Shown here: positions 29,157 through 39,612 of the stretch, one piece after another | Numbering within the stretch: position 1 is the first letter of the stretch | How the letters are laid out: each line of letters starts with the position of its first letter | Origin: a virus | Virus record (IMG/VR): IMGVR_UViG_3300010885_055964 | Span: 32,001-96,000 of that record | Length of the DNA stretch: 64,000 nucleotides | Reading direction: 5' to 3' (one strand) | Position numbers and translations under genes: made by a program | The notes under the pieces: model-generated | What the model was told of the DNA's origin: nothing | Databases searched by the model: none | What the model saw: only the letters and a program-made list of their open reading frames with translations

Positions 29157-30100
29157 AAATCATATTAGGTTCAGGCATAGTAGGACTAATAGCTAAGTTG
29201 ATATTAGGTCCCTCGTGGACGATAATCCCGTTTTATAGAAGCAGGTTTTATAGCTTTAATCCTTCACTAGATGATAACTTCATAATAAGGGATGAACTAA
29301 TAGATGATGTTATAAAGCAGATAACGCAAGAAATCAAATTGTCAGTGTTCGAATATAAAAGAGCTTGGTCGATTGGCGGGCAAATATTACCAGACTGGAA
29401 TGAAGCTATATGTAGTGATTGGTTATACAAGATATTTGGCGATAAGATACCTCCACAATCACAGATTTATAATAAACAAAAAATGACTTTTGGTGTATAT
29501 GATTTGAGAATAAATGATCTATATTCTAAATTAACTAACATATATATAGATGAATTAAAACAGCAATCGGCAGTAGGTAAAGTTACAGAGATAGGAGATC
29601 ATTATATAGTAAGGAACGGTGTGAAGAGCGATTTTGAGCAGGCCATAAACACCATACCTTTAAACCACCTGGCGAGCCTATGTAAGTTATCTATAAATCT
29701 TCCTTGTAAAGATATTCATTACTGGCATGTAAGAACTAATGATTTAAATTTTGAAGGATATAATCAGTTATTGGTCGCTGATCGTCTGTTCGGCTTTTAT
29801 AAAGTGACTAATATAGCACCTGGTAGATTTATGTTTTATTGCCACGAAGACATACCGAATCCTGGTACGTATCTAATGGGATTTATGCAAAAGTTCGAGA
29901 TAATCGATGGTACATCTATTCCGGAGGCGATGCCTTTAGGCCCGATGCCAGAATTGCAAATATTGGATCAAATGGGCATATTTAATGTCGGAAGTTATGC
30001 ACAATGGGATTGGTGCTCTGATGTGGGTAGCAATATACTAAAATTAGTAAGGTTTGCTAATAGGGGCTATGTCAATGCTAAACCAAAATATATTCACTGA
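29153..30100 (+). CDS. FAD/NAD-binding oxidoreductase-like (Glf/HemY-like) protein
   Basis: IILGSGIVG dinucleotide motif, INTIPL, FNVGSYAQW. Confidence 0.6.
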   Translation: MKIILGSGIVGLIAKLILGPSWTIIPFYRSRFYSFNPSLDDNFIIRDELIDDVIKQITQEIKLSVFEYKRAWSIGGQILPDWNEAICSDWLYKIFGDKIPPQSQIYNKQKMTFGVYDLRINDLYSKLTNIYIDELKQQSAVGKVTEIGDHYIVRNGVKSDFEQAINTIPLNHLASLCKLSINLPCKDIHYWHVRTNDLNFEGYNQLLVADRLFGFYKVTNIAPGRFMFYCHEDIPNPGTYLMGFMQKFEIIDGTSIPEAMPLGPMPELQILDQMGIFNVGSYAQWDWCSDVGSNILKLVRFANRGYVNAKPKYIH

Positions 30101-31242
30101 TACATAATAGGATAAGAACGATTTAGCACAGTTAGTCTATTATATAATAATCGGTGTATCATAAACATGTCGAATAATATAGACTGATCAACCATACCAG
30201 CACCTAGTAGAGAAAGATGTTCGACAATACATTGTTCCTGCTCGGTGATATTAGATAATACGAATTTCCACTCTTTAAGTGGGATATTCGATTTAGCCAT
30301 TAGATGATCTCGAGTATCGATGGGTTCGAGTATTCCGCCTAATGAACTAAATGACTCATGAGTAATGAACCCTTTTACTTTATTCCACAGGTGGGCACCA
30401 CCATGATTAGAGCAATGATTGTCTTGCCATAATAAATGTGGAGCGGTATTCCTTTGATTAGAAAAAGGTGCTGTGTCTATCTCAATCGCATATGCATTAA
30501 CAGCACCACGCCAATAAGACGACTTAGGAGGAAAACGCCCTTCGTCGGTGTATGGCTCTGTCAATCGTTCATATCCATGCCTGATGAATATGGAATCTCG
30601 ATTAATATAAAAATATGACAGGACAGGCCTTAAATATAAATAGAATGCATCAATAGTCGATTTAATGTCTTTATCTAAAATGCCATATGTATATGCATAT
30701 CTGCCATCCACCCATTGTCGATGGTCATCATATCTTCTTAATTCTATGCGATCCGCCTTGACTAATGTCCATTCGGTCTGTTGATCAACTACACCAGAAT
30801 GGCGGTATGTGATAGGTTGCAATTGATTGTAGAAGTACTCGAGATGTGTGTCATGGAGTGGTTGTGCATAGCCATTTGTTTTAAGGAAATCGTGCAGAAT
30901 GATTGATACCCAAGTATGTGGATTGATAGTTGAATCTATAAGATAAGCGATAATGCAGCTGCAGATGCCATGGAAGAATCCATGTTCGACATCGTTAAAG
31001 TATGCTTGTATCATTGATTGGTCGAATGGCTTAAATGGGGTTAGATATTTGTTTATTTTGCTATAGTTATGGATTACATTTTTTTTATTAGTATGGGCCA
31101 ATCCTAGCTCGGTTAGGTATTTGATGTTACCGAAAGAACACCTAGTGCATAGGTCATATTTGATCTTTTTGAGACAGACAGATATAGAAGTGTATTGTTT
31201 AAGACATAATTGTCCACGTATATGTTGGTCGAGAGAGGCCAT
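30094..31242 (-). CDS. HD-domain-like protein
   Basis: EHGFFHG...IILHDFLK, H/D residues downstream; start moved to ATG 31242 (GGAG). Confidence 0.5.
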   Translation of the reverse strand: MASLDQHIRGQLCLKQYTSISVCLKKIKYDLCTRCSFGNIKYLTELGLAHTNKKNVIHNYSKINKYLTPFKPFDQSMIQAYFNDVEHGFFHGICSCIIAYLIDSTINPHTWVSIILHDFLKTNGYAQPLHDTHLEYFYNQLQPITYRHSGVVDQQTEWTLVKADRIELRRYDDHRQWVDGRYAYTYGILDKDIKSTIDAFYLYLRPVLSYFYINRDSIFIRHGYERLTEPYTDEGRFPPKSSYWRGAVNAYAIEIDTAPFSNQRNTAPHLLWQDNHCSNHGGAHLWNKVKGFITHESFSSLGGILEPIDTRDHLMAKSNIPLKEWKFVLSNITEQEQCIVEHLSLLGAGMVDQSILFDMFMIHRLLYNRLTVLNRSYPIMYQ

Positions 31243-31303
31243 GTGATTCTCCACTTAAGTATATTTTAGTGATATGTAGCACAAGTAATTATATTGGTGT
31301 ATT

Positions 31304-32026
31304 ATGAAGCATAGTAGTCGTAGAAGCTTTTACGAATCAGGTTTGAGGATAAATAAGCACTCTAATGATAGGTTATCGGAAGAGATAGAAGAATTCGATT
31401 GGCACAATAAGAATATTATAATAACAAAGGTTAATAAACCTAAACAATTGATAGTCGCTGGTTTAACCGAAACAGAAGTAGAGCAGAAGGATAAATTTAT
31501 AGGACAGTTATACACCGCATGTATGACTTGCTCTATTTGCCCTATCGGAACCGAGTGTGTTAGTAAAGACGGTATTTATAGGGATCCTCACTTATTGAGC
31601 AATAGAAATATTTCGAAATATGTTATGGTGTGTGATAGACCAACGTGGGATGATATTACTAATAGGGATAATGATGGGCATGCTAGCGAAATAGAAAAGT
31701 TAACGCAGGTCAAAGAAATATTAGATAGATTATATATAACATATCTTGTTAAATGTAGTAGCATTGATAGAGGTGATTATTACGAAAATTGTCGCCCATT
31801 TATACAATTAGAAATGAATATATTAAAACCCACATTAATCATATCATCAGGTCAGGAACCTTTCGATAGACTCAAGGCAGATAGTAGTTTAGAATATAAA
31901 GATAATGTTAAGAAGATAACGAATAGTATATTTAATATTAAAATGCTAACCATAGCGGATATATCTGACGTACGATTTATTGATCATATAAAAATAGTAA
32001 GTAAACTGATAAGCAGATTAGAATAA
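31304..32026 (+). CDS. Family-4 uracil-DNA glycosylase-like protein, degenerate
   Basis: CMTCSIC, DRPTWDD, LYITYLVKC, ENCRPFIQLEMNILKPTLII. Confidence 0.7.
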   Translation: MKHSSRRSFYESGLRINKHSNDRLSEEIEEFDWHNKNIIITKVNKPKQLIVAGLTETEVEQKDKFIGQLYTACMTCSICPIGTECVSKDGIYRDPHLLSNRNISKYVMVCDRPTWDDITNRDNDGHASEIEKLTQVKEILDRLYITYLVKCSSIDRGDYYENCRPFIQLEMNILKPTLIISSGQEPFDRLKADSSLEYKDNVKKITNSIFNIKMLTIADISDVRFIDHIKIVSKLISRLE

Positions 32027-32036
32027 GTAGATAAAG

Positions 32037-32450
32037 TTAGTCATTATATGGGATAAAAATATAATGAGGATTACCTTGCACTTTGGCCCTAGTAATCGAA
32101 TATGGATTCCCTTTTTCCCGTAACAATTTTTTCATTCTCAGTGTAAATGCTGAAGAATTGGGTATTTTATCACAAACAAGATTTAGTATCTCACTACAAA
32201 GAACACCGTTTTCACCAGATTGAGCGATTTTGTCATAAGCACTCTCCATTGCAGAAGTAATATGATCTGTCGCCTGATTCTTAGCTATTGTTTGCTTGTC
32301 TCGAAGGGCGTCCCTTTCCTTGGCTACACTGATGGCTGTTTCGAGTTCTTGTTTCGCTTGTCCAGTGAGTTCTTCGACTCCTTCGGCTATCAGATCTTGG
32401 ACATTATAGCCCAAATCGATCGGTATGATAGTAATTTTGGTTTTGGACAT
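32037..32450 (-). CDS. Hypothetical protein
   Basis: ATG 32450 with GAGG RBS. Confidence 0.6.
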   Translation of the reverse strand: MSKTKITIIPIDLGYNVQDLIAEGVEELTGQAKQELETAISVAKERDALRDKQTIAKNQATDHITSAMESAYDKIAQSGENGVLCSEILNLVCDKIPNSSAFTLRMKKLLREKGNPYSITRAKVQGNPHYIFIPYND

Positions 32451-32471
32451 TGAAGCCTCAGGGAGATAATA

Positions 32472-33227
32472 ATGAACATTTGTGTTGTTTGTGGCGAAGA
32501 CCAAAATTTAAATACCAAGTTAACTATAGTCATAAATAATGAAAATATCGTAGTTTGTTTATGTGACGAACATGCAGAAGATACGACTGTAAAAATGGCT
32601 AGAGAGAAATATTTGGAAAGGCAGAACCAAATAGATTTACTAGTAGAACAAGCTAAGAAATTGGGGTTAGATACTAGTAGCTTAATGAAAAAAGCGGCAG
32701 CCTCGTCCAATGAATCAAAGCAGGTAGCTAATCCTAACCCACAGCCGTCAAGAGAGGATAAAACTACGAGCACAGAGGAGCAGAGTTTAGAACCTGACGA
32801 AGGGTGGATAAGCACTAAAAAATTCGAAACAGTCGAGTCTAAAGGCTTTACTTCTGTCGGTGGTCAAGGCGTTGCCTCATATAACAGTTATAAAGTAATA
32901 GGTCAATCCGATGTGCTGGATGAGAGCGTACGTCAGGGTAAAGTGAAGATGGGTGTAGCCGAAGGTCGTGGTGGTAGCCAGATTCCTGTTCCGTTAGAGA
33001 GAGTAGACGGTACCGGTACTACCCGGATTCGAATTAACAACGCCGAGACAGATCAATCATTGCAGCGTAGATTTAAGAATATGGCAAATAATCAGGAGCA
33101 TCAGCCCGACTTTAGACAAGGATATAATGATGCTACTAGGAATTGCCCTATATGTCGTGGCGAATGCGTGGTGAATGGGAAAGATTGCCCAAAGTGTAAA
33201 GGTAGTGGGATAATTAGTGTCTACTAA
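32472..33227 (+). CDS. Hypothetical protein with N-terminal Zn site and C-terminal DnaJ-type CxxCxGxG repeats
   Basis: CVVC...CLC; CPICRGEC...CPKCKGSG. Confidence 0.65.
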   Translation: MNICVVCGEDQNLNTKLTIVINNENIVVCLCDEHAEDTTVKMAREKYLERQNQIDLLVEQAKKLGLDTSSLMKKAAASSNESKQVANPNPQPSREDKTTSTEEQSLEPDEGWISTKKFETVESKGFTSVGGQGVASYNSYKVIGQSDVLDESVRQGKVKMGVAEGRGGSQIPVPLERVDGTGTTRIRINNAETDQSLQRRFKNMANNQEHQPDFRQGYNDATRNCPICRGECVVNGKDCPKCKGSGIISVY

Positions 33228-33296
33228 CCGATGCCCCCAAAGGTGTACGGACGAGATAAAATATGGTAGCAAATCAAAGACGCTCATGAGAGAGTA

Positions 33297-33659
33297 GTGG
33301 AAAAGATACTAGAAAGAAAGAAACAAATGGACACAGCCGCTCACATTGAATATTGTCTACGCGAACTCGAGGTTGAATCAGTACAACAATTTGGCGACGA
33401 GGAAAAACAAAAAGTAGCTGCTAAGTGCTTAAAACATATCAATGTATGGATGATAGAGTCATATCAGTCAGGTGTGGCTTACACTAGAAATGATCGACGG
33501 AGGCTAAAAAGGGATTGTTTTAACTCTGTCAAGGAAAGTGTGATCAAGGAGTATCAAGAGGAATATGGATTCGCTATATTATCATTTTTGTTAATATATG
33601 TCGTGTTACCAATGGTTTTAAAATGGTTAATAGAAAGATTATTCAATAAACTAAAGTGA
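33297..33659 (+). CDS. Hypothetical protein with C-terminal TM helix
   Basis: FAILSFLLIYVVLPMVLKWLI. Confidence 0.6.
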   Translation: MEKILERKKQMDTAAHIEYCLRELEVESVQQFGDEEKQKVAAKCLKHINVWMIESYQSGVAYTRNDRRRLKRDCFNSVKESVIKEYQEEYGFAILSFLLIYVVLPMVLKWLIERLFNKLK

Positions 33660-33661
33660 TA

Positions 33662-33868
33662 TTATATCTGATTGCCTGGTAAGCGTATATTAAAGAATTT
33701 TCGATGTTTATTTTTTGTCGGTATTCCGCTAGGCTGCTCTGTAGCCCCAGAAGATCTGGCAGCAGCATCTATGCCAGCATTAGGATTATATAAATGTGGC
33801 GTGTGAAGTGCAGGCCGGTTAAATAACCTAGAACCGTGTAATCCGGCATTTATCCTTTTAAGCTTCAT
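33662..33868 (-). CDS. Small hypothetical protein
   Basis: ATG 33868 overlaps the stop of the upstream gene. Confidence 0.4.
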   Translation of the reverse strand: MKLKRINAGLHGSRLFNRPALHTPHLYNPNAGIDAAARSSGATEQPSGIPTKNKHRKFFNIRLPGNQI

Positions 33869-34403
33869 CCATGTGCCCCGGGCTCGTATCGCCTTCTTCG
33901 AAATCAACATTAGACTCCATAGGCCAGTCTTCTACATCTTCGATTGTAAAATCTAGAGGCTGTTCTGGTTGACTGGCATCAATAATCTCGTCCATCTTAG
34001 GATTGAAACCGAAATCTTTTTCTGCCCATTCTGCTTGGTCATCTTTAAGTTCCTTGATAATAGAAGGAACGAATTTGGCGGCTTTGGCTCTTTCTTCAGC
34101 AGGTACTGCTTGAGCCACCATCTCTTTCTCCATGGCTGTCAAGAATGTAGGATCATCGAGGTATTTATAACTATGCACTTTGGTAAATGATTGGCATACG
34201 CCGTTGGCATGATTAAGCTCAGCGGCTTTTAATGCAAACATTTCGTCAATTTGGTTGTGTAGATATTCGTAGCCTCTTTCAGCCCGGCCAGATTGTTCAT
34301 GGTCAGAACTATGCATCTTAAGACCAAGCTGGGCATCATGCTGCAGCATGGTTTTGATGCTCTCGAGTAATGTCCGCTCGTCTTCAGTGAATTTATCGCT
34401 CAT
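33858..34403 (-). CDS. Acidic hypothetical protein
   Basis: 181 aa, AGGAG RBS, GC-richer codons. Confidence 0.7.
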   Translation of the reverse strand: MSDKFTEDERTLLESIKTMLQHDAQLGLKMHSSDHEQSGRAERGYEYLHNQIDEMFALKAAELNHANGVCQSFTKVHSYKYLDDPTFLTAMEKEMVAQAVPAEERAKAAKFVPSIIKELKDDQAEWAEKDFGFNPKMDEIIDASQPEQPLDFTIEDVEDWPMESNVDFEEGDTSPGHMDEA

Positions 34404-34432
34404 GATTACTCCTTAATAATTCCTTTTTAGTT

Positions 34433-34705
34433 TTGAATCGGATGGATAATCCTGGACAGAGAATAGAAAGGTTCGATCAAGTACGGTTACTTACCGTAAA
34501 AAATGTGTCTTATTTATCTGCCCCACCTAATACTATAGTTACACCTCAAGGTATCTGGTCTGTAGCGGCTGTGGTCGGCCAGAATGATTTGATATTAGCT
34601 AAGGATAATGCCATTATCAGGATCCCAGCTACTGATGTGTTAGTAATATCAGACTACGACTTAGAAGGCTTAAACGATATACTTGGGAGACTATCTGATG
34701 GCTAA
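34433..34705 (+). CDS. Hypothetical protein
   Basis: 90-aa ORF coupled to recA. Confidence 0.6.
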   Translation: MNRMDNPGQRIERFDQVRLLTVKNVSYLSAPPNTIVTPQGIWSVAAVVGQNDLILAKDNAIIRIPATDVLVISDYDLEGLNDILGRLSDG

Positions 34706-35819
34706 ACACAAGAAATCGACTCCGATTGCTAAAGACGAAAAGGATTTGATAAGTATAATTGAGAAGACATATGGTTCAGGGTCGATAATGCTTGGTGAGG
34801 GAACTATAGTCAAAGTAGACTCCTTTTCAACAGCCGTGCCATCGATAGATTTAGCAATGGGGTGTGGAGGCTTACCGCAAGGAAGAATAATAGAAATATA
34901 TGGGCCGGAGAGTGGTGGTAAGACTACTACCTGCTTACAGTTTATAGCGGCATGCCAGCAACATTATTTTGATGCTAAAGAGCGTAGTGGTCGAGCTGCC
35001 TTTATCGATGCTGAGCATGCTTTCGACCCAGAATGGGCAAGGAAAATCGGTGTTAACGTAGATAAATTATTATTCTCTCAGCCTAACAGTGGAGAAGAAG
35101 CTTTTGATATTATGGAGGTGCTGATCAAATCCAAGCTAGTCGATTTGATCATAATAGATTCAGTGGCGGCCCTGACCCCACAGGTAGAATTAGATGGCGA
35201 ACTAAGTGATTCTAGCATAGGCGCACATGCTCGCATGATGAGTAAGGCATTGCGTAGGCTAAAGGGAGAGATCAATAATTCTAAGACTACCATAGTGTTT
35301 ATTAACCAGATTAGAGAAAAGGTCGGTGTGATGTTTGGTAGCCCTGAGACAACACCTGGTGGCAGGGCGCTGAAATTTTATGCTTCTATTCGTGGTGAGG
35401 TGCGTAGAGGCCAGACTATCAAAGAGGATGATGATGTTCTAGGGTTTAGAACCAGCATCAAAATGGTTAAAAACAAAGTAGCAGCCCCATTCAAAAGAGC
35501 TGAATTCGACATCTGTGTTGGACATCCATCACGTCCGATCTATGGCATTGACTCTATATCTTCTCTATTTGAAGTAGCTAAAGAATGCAAGGTGTTGACC
35601 TCCACAGGCAGTTGGTACGTTTATAATGACAAAAAGATAGGCAACGGAGTCAACGCTACATTGTCTTACTTGCGAGAGAATGCAGATATATTAGCCGAGA
35701 TAGAGAAAAAGACATATGATATAGCTTTTAAGACGTATGTGACCAGTGCAGTATCGATTGAAGACTCTGATGAAGATTCTGACGAGCTAGATGATAAAAT
35801 ATTGGATGGAGATGAATGA
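34698..35819 (+). CDS. recA: RecA recombinase
   Basis: GPESGGKTT, FIDAEHA, IIIDSVAAL, FINQIREKVG, ETTPGGRALKFYAS; ATG 34698 with GGGAG. Confidence 0.97.
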   Translation: MAKHKKSTPIAKDEKDLISIIEKTYGSGSIMLGEGTIVKVDSFSTAVPSIDLAMGCGGLPQGRIIEIYGPESGGKTTTCLQFIAACQQHYFDAKERSGRAAFIDAEHAFDPEWARKIGVNVDKLLFSQPNSGEEAFDIMEVLIKSKLVDLIIIDSVAALTPQVELDGELSDSSIGAHARMMSKALRRLKGEINNSKTTIVFINQIREKVGVMFGSPETTPGGRALKFYASIRGEVRRGQTIKEDDDVLGFRTSIKMVKNKVAAPFKRAEFDICVGHPSRPIYGIDSISSLFEVAKECKVLTSTGSWYVYNDKKIGNGVNATLSYLRENADILAEIEKKTYDIAFKTYVTSAVSIEDSDEDSDELDDKILDGDE

Positions 35820-37165
35820 GCATGTCCACTCTGGATATACTCAATAAATCAGAAGAGCAAGATGATATTGTAAGGCCATTTGGGTCTTATGAAGAAGAGG
35901 CGATTATTTCGCTTGCTCTAGATTATCCTGAATTCTTTTCGGCGATTAGCGGCTTTCTACAGCCCAGCTTATTTAAAAGATCCGAATGTCAATGGGTCAT
36001 AGCAGAAATATTAAACGCTTTCGAAGAGTTTAATACGATCCCTACTAGAGAGATCTTATATGATAGAATATCGGCTAAGATAACTGAAGATGATCCATAT
36101 GACCAAGTGCTTGGCTTAGTTAAGAGAAAATCTAATCATCGTGAAATACCGATGGTTAAGGATACATTATTAAAATGGGCGAAAGATAGACAATACGGCA
36201 TGCTCTATAGTGATGAAGCTATAGAAGCTTACCGTATGGGTAATTATGAAATATTAGAAAATTTAGTAACTCAAGCTAATAGAATAGCTGATGTGTCTGA
36301 GGGCGGTTTTTGGTTCTTCGAGAATTTAGAACTGCTATTTCAAGAAGACATCATAGATCACCGTACTACAGGCTTTCCTAAACTAGACCGACTGCTTAAC
36401 AATGGTGGTCCTTCAAAGAAAGAAGTCGTATGTTGGTTGGCTGGAACCAATGTCGGCAAATCGATATTGTTATGTAATAATGCAATTTCATCATTGCAGA
36501 GTGAAACTGTAAACGGTGAAATTGGACAAGATGTTCTTTTGATTACATTCGAATTAGATAGCATTAAGACAGCTCTACGATGCCTGGGTGCGGCCACGGG
36601 TGTCCCGTTAGCAAGCTTAGCAGAACATAAGGACTTGGTTAGACGTAAGATAAAGACCATAGAACGAACATATAAGAAAAAATTCGCCATTTACGAGTGG
36701 GCCCCAGAAGAATGCAGTGTCAATCATATATATGCTTTGCTCGATAATCTAAAACGCACCAAGGGATGGAAACCAGACGTAATTATAATAGATTATATGG
36801 ATTTAATGATTAGTCGTGTTGCCGAATTTAATAAGAAAGACTATGACAGGCAAAAGCATGTTGCTAATGAGATAAGAGGTTTAGCTAAAAACGAGAATGT
36901 ATTAGTTTTTACAGCCACTCAGACCAACAGGAGTGGTACTTCCGGTGACGAAATGGTAGCGGACTTGAATAAAGTGGCAGAAAGCTACGCTAAACAATTC
37001 GCTCTTGATTATATAGTTAGTCTTAATCAAAGTGATACTGACCGCAAAGCTGTGCCACATCCTCGTATTCGATTTTTCGTAGCTAAAAATCGTAACGGGC
37101 CAAAACACGCGCAAGTCGAATGTGAAATTGAATATGACAAAATGCAAGTAAGGGAATTGATATGA
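35816..37165 (+). CDS. dnaB: DnaB/gp41-like replicative helicase
   Basis: AGTNVGKS, ITFEL, IIIDYMDL, TATQTNR, KNRNG. Confidence 0.92.
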   Translation: MSMSTLDILNKSEEQDDIVRPFGSYEEEAIISLALDYPEFFSAISGFLQPSLFKRSECQWVIAEILNAFEEFNTIPTREILYDRISAKITEDDPYDQVLGLVKRKSNHREIPMVKDTLLKWAKDRQYGMLYSDEAIEAYRMGNYEILENLVTQANRIADVSEGGFWFFENLELLFQEDIIDHRTTGFPKLDRLLNNGGPSKKEVVCWLAGTNVGKSILLCNNAISSLQSETVNGEIGQDVLLITFELDSIKTALRCLGAATGVPLASLAEHKDLVRRKIKTIERTYKKKFAIYEWAPEECSVNHIYALLDNLKRTKGWKPDVIIIDYMDLMISRVAEFNKKDYDRQKHVANEIRGLAKNENVLVFTATQTNRSGTSGDEMVADLNKVAESYAKQFALDYIVSLNQSDTDRKAVPHPRIRFFVAKNRNGPKHAQVECEIEYDKMQVRELI

Positions 37166-37335
37166 AATTGAAGATTAGTATCGAAGTAGAAGTCTCCCGC
37201 TCGATGGCTGATACCATGCAGAGAAGTGGATTTACAGTCTGTCCAGACGGTTCAGCAATGCAGGTAAAAGTAGGCAACTCGCCAGCTATACCGAAACGCA
37301 AAACCAAAGTGGTCTATGAACATTCTGACAAGTAG
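37162..37335 (+). CDS. Small hypothetical protein (57 aa)
   Basis: My translation MKLKISIEVEVSR...HSDK; ATGA overlap with dnaB. Confidence 0.5.
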   Translation: MKLKISIEVEVSRSMADTMQRSGFTVCPDGSAMQVKVGNSPAIPKRKTKVVYEHSDK

Positions 37336-37358
37336 ATAACCCAAACAGGAGGATCGAG

Positions 37359-37808
37359 ATGGCGATACCTAAGAGCAAAGTAGCCCAGCAGTTAGACGAT
37401 AAGAATGATACGTTCGTCTCTAACGATCCCCCCAAGGGAGCGAAGACTCTAGTAGCTAAAGTAGACGAATCAGTAATTATTATCAAGCCTGTAGTGTGTC
37501 ATAACAATTATGTTGCCATTTTACAGACTGAGATCGAATCAGCTATACAACTAGCTGGTACCGAGGGTCAGTACAAGAATGAAGGGGTAGTCATCGGGGT
37601 CGGTCCTGGCTTATCTGATGGAAATGGCGGGAGGCTACCGCTATCTGTTAATCTAGGTGATTATGTCATGATTGGATCCAAGAATCACGTTGCGACATTG
37701 ATGCCTGATAATGGGCATTATAAGGGTAAGAAGGTCGTAATTGTTTCAGAGAATAATATTATATGTGAAATACCCACTGATATTAAGTTTAATGTCAAGC
37801 CATGGTAG
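37359..37808 (+). CDS. groES: GroES co-chaperonin with N-terminal extension
   Basis: EGVVIGVGPG, PLSVNLGDYVM, VIVSENNIIC. Confidence 0.85.
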   Translation: MAIPKSKVAQQLDDKNDTFVSNDPPKGAKTLVAKVDESVIIIKPVVCHNNYVAILQTEIESAIQLAGTEGQYKNEGVVIGVGPGLSDGNGGRLPLSVNLGDYVMIGSKNHVATLMPDNGHYKGKKVVIVSENNIICEIPTDIKFNVKPW

Positions 37809-37922
37809 TCCCTATTAGAATATGTCTATCCCGCTACATATATCACCGTGTAATACAACGCATCAAATATAGTTAGATAAGTATATACATTGAGATCGAT
37901 GATTTAATCAAGCAGGTGGCAT

Positions 37923-38375
37923 ATGCCTAGATATAATTATGAATGTAACGTATGTAAGAAACAAGCATATAAAAATAATAAAGATCTGCTGCAGATAAAT
38001 AATTCCGGTGATAAAGAACTTCCGATCGAATTATATGAAGAGTTAGTATTATTCGAGACACAACACTCGATGAGTGCAAATGAGAAGGAGCTAAAGGAAG
38101 CTCTAGAATGCCCTAGGTGTGGAAGTACTGACTGCACTAGAACTGTATATGGTGCACAGATAACTAGTTTTATTAGAGGGTATGGATTTTTGGATAGAGC
38201 TGGTGCAAGACGAGATATGAATCGATTTAAGTTAACCACAGATGATCCTTATGCCCAATACCGTGTTGCCGGTGAAGTAGACCATATAAATGAGACTTTG
38301 AAAAAACAAGGCCGGCATGATCCTAAAACTAAGCACTTTTTAGCATCTGCCCCTAAAGAGAAAAAAGACAGCTAA
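37923..38375 (+). CDS. FmdB-like zinc-ribbon protein
   Basis: MPRYNYECNVC...CPRCGS. Confidence 0.75.
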   Translation: MPRYNYECNVCKKQAYKNNKDLLQINNSGDKELPIELYEELVLFETQHSMSANEKELKEALECPRCGSTDCTRTVYGAQITSFIRGYGFLDRAGARRDMNRFKLTTDDPYAQYRVAGEVDHINETLKKQGRHDPKTKHFLASAPKEKKDS

Positions 38376-38412
38376 TTAATCCTTTAATCGTGATACCGCC
38401 TGTATTAAGTCG

Positions 38413-39609
38413 GTGATGGGTGACCTTTGCGTTTATACACTGTTCGACCCTAAAACTGGCAAACCAAGATGCACAGGTATAAAGGATGGTGATATAGTCA
38501 AAGTATGTGATCTATATAGGCCTGGTGCTGGTAAAACAATACAAAAAATAGACAAGACCAAGAATCTTATCAGACAGATAATACTAAAAGCCAACGCCGA
38601 TAATAGGCGGATTTTAACTTCAGATTTCAAATCTCATATCCTATCTTTTGACTTACCAAGAGATAAGAGAACGTACAATGTCTATGATCTACAACTGCCC
38701 GAAATATTACCGACAAACTCTAAATCAAAAGATGAAATAATTATAAAAAGAATATTGGAAAAAATTTCTAATAAGACTACAGCCGCATATAATCACGTTA
38801 TAGCGAATAGTGCTGTAGTTTATCAATACCTTGAAGACAATGGTATCTTAGTTAATTCTATGCTCGAGAGGCCCAAGTGGTCACAAAAAACGTTTTCAGG
38901 TAGGAGTAAGACCACAAGTTATAACATACAGGGGTTAGCAGACGACTACCATGTAGTATCATCTAGTGGCAAAGAACCCGATGTCTTAATCATGTTCGAT
39001 TGGATATGTGCAGATATAAGGGCAGCTTCATTAATGTCCAACGATGATATTTTGATAGAAACATTTGTCAAATCGGACCCGTATACTGTATTGATGGAGG
39101 TTTTAAATAGAGGATCAGACGATACGATGACCAGATCTGAGAGCAAAAGATATCTATTAAAATCTATAAATTCTATGGATTTTACAAGCACAGCTTTGAC
39201 AGATGTGTATCCGAAATTAGGACAATGGATTAAAAGATGCAAATTATCGATATCTGAAGGAAAACCATTACAAACTATTTTAGGTCGCACTTTCAGACCG
39301 GCTCACGCAAAAAACGAATTGGCTGTTTTGAATGGTATAATGCAGGGTACAGTAGCACATGCGATGCAGATAGTGTTGCGACGTATATGGGAGAGAGCAC
39401 CAGATAGTATAGTTTGTGAAATCCATGATTGTCTTATCATTTCTTCACCACCAGATCCTCAGCAAATTAAGGCCTTAATCAGCACAGTTGCTCCTATAAT
39501 GGCTAGACCTTTCGAAGGATATTTAGATAGTAATCCATATTTTCCAGTTAATGTAAGTATCGGCAATAAGTGGAAACAGTGGAAGGTGTACAAGACATTT
39601 AGGGAGTAA
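38413..39609 (+). CDS. Family A DNA polymerase core (no exonuclease domains)
   Basis: TFSGRSKTTSYNIQ, motif A FDWICADIR, motif B RSESK, QGTVAH, motif C EIHDCL. Confidence 0.8.
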   Translation: MMGDLCVYTLFDPKTGKPRCTGIKDGDIVKVCDLYRPGAGKTIQKIDKTKNLIRQIILKANADNRRILTSDFKSHILSFDLPRDKRTYNVYDLQLPEILPTNSKSKDEIIIKRILEKISNKTTAAYNHVIANSAVVYQYLEDNGILVNSMLERPKWSQKTFSGRSKTTSYNIQGLADDYHVVSSSGKEPDVLIMFDWICADIRAASLMSNDDILIETFVKSDPYTVLMEVLNRGSDDTMTRSESKRYLLKSINSMDFTSTALTDVYPKLGQWIKRCKLSISEGKPLQTILGRTFRPAHAKNELAVLNGIMQGTVAHAMQIVLRRIWERAPDSIVCEIHDCLIISSPPDPQQIKALISTVAPIMARPFEGYLDSNPYFPVNVSIGNKWKQWKVYKTFRE

Positions 39610-39612
39610 GTT

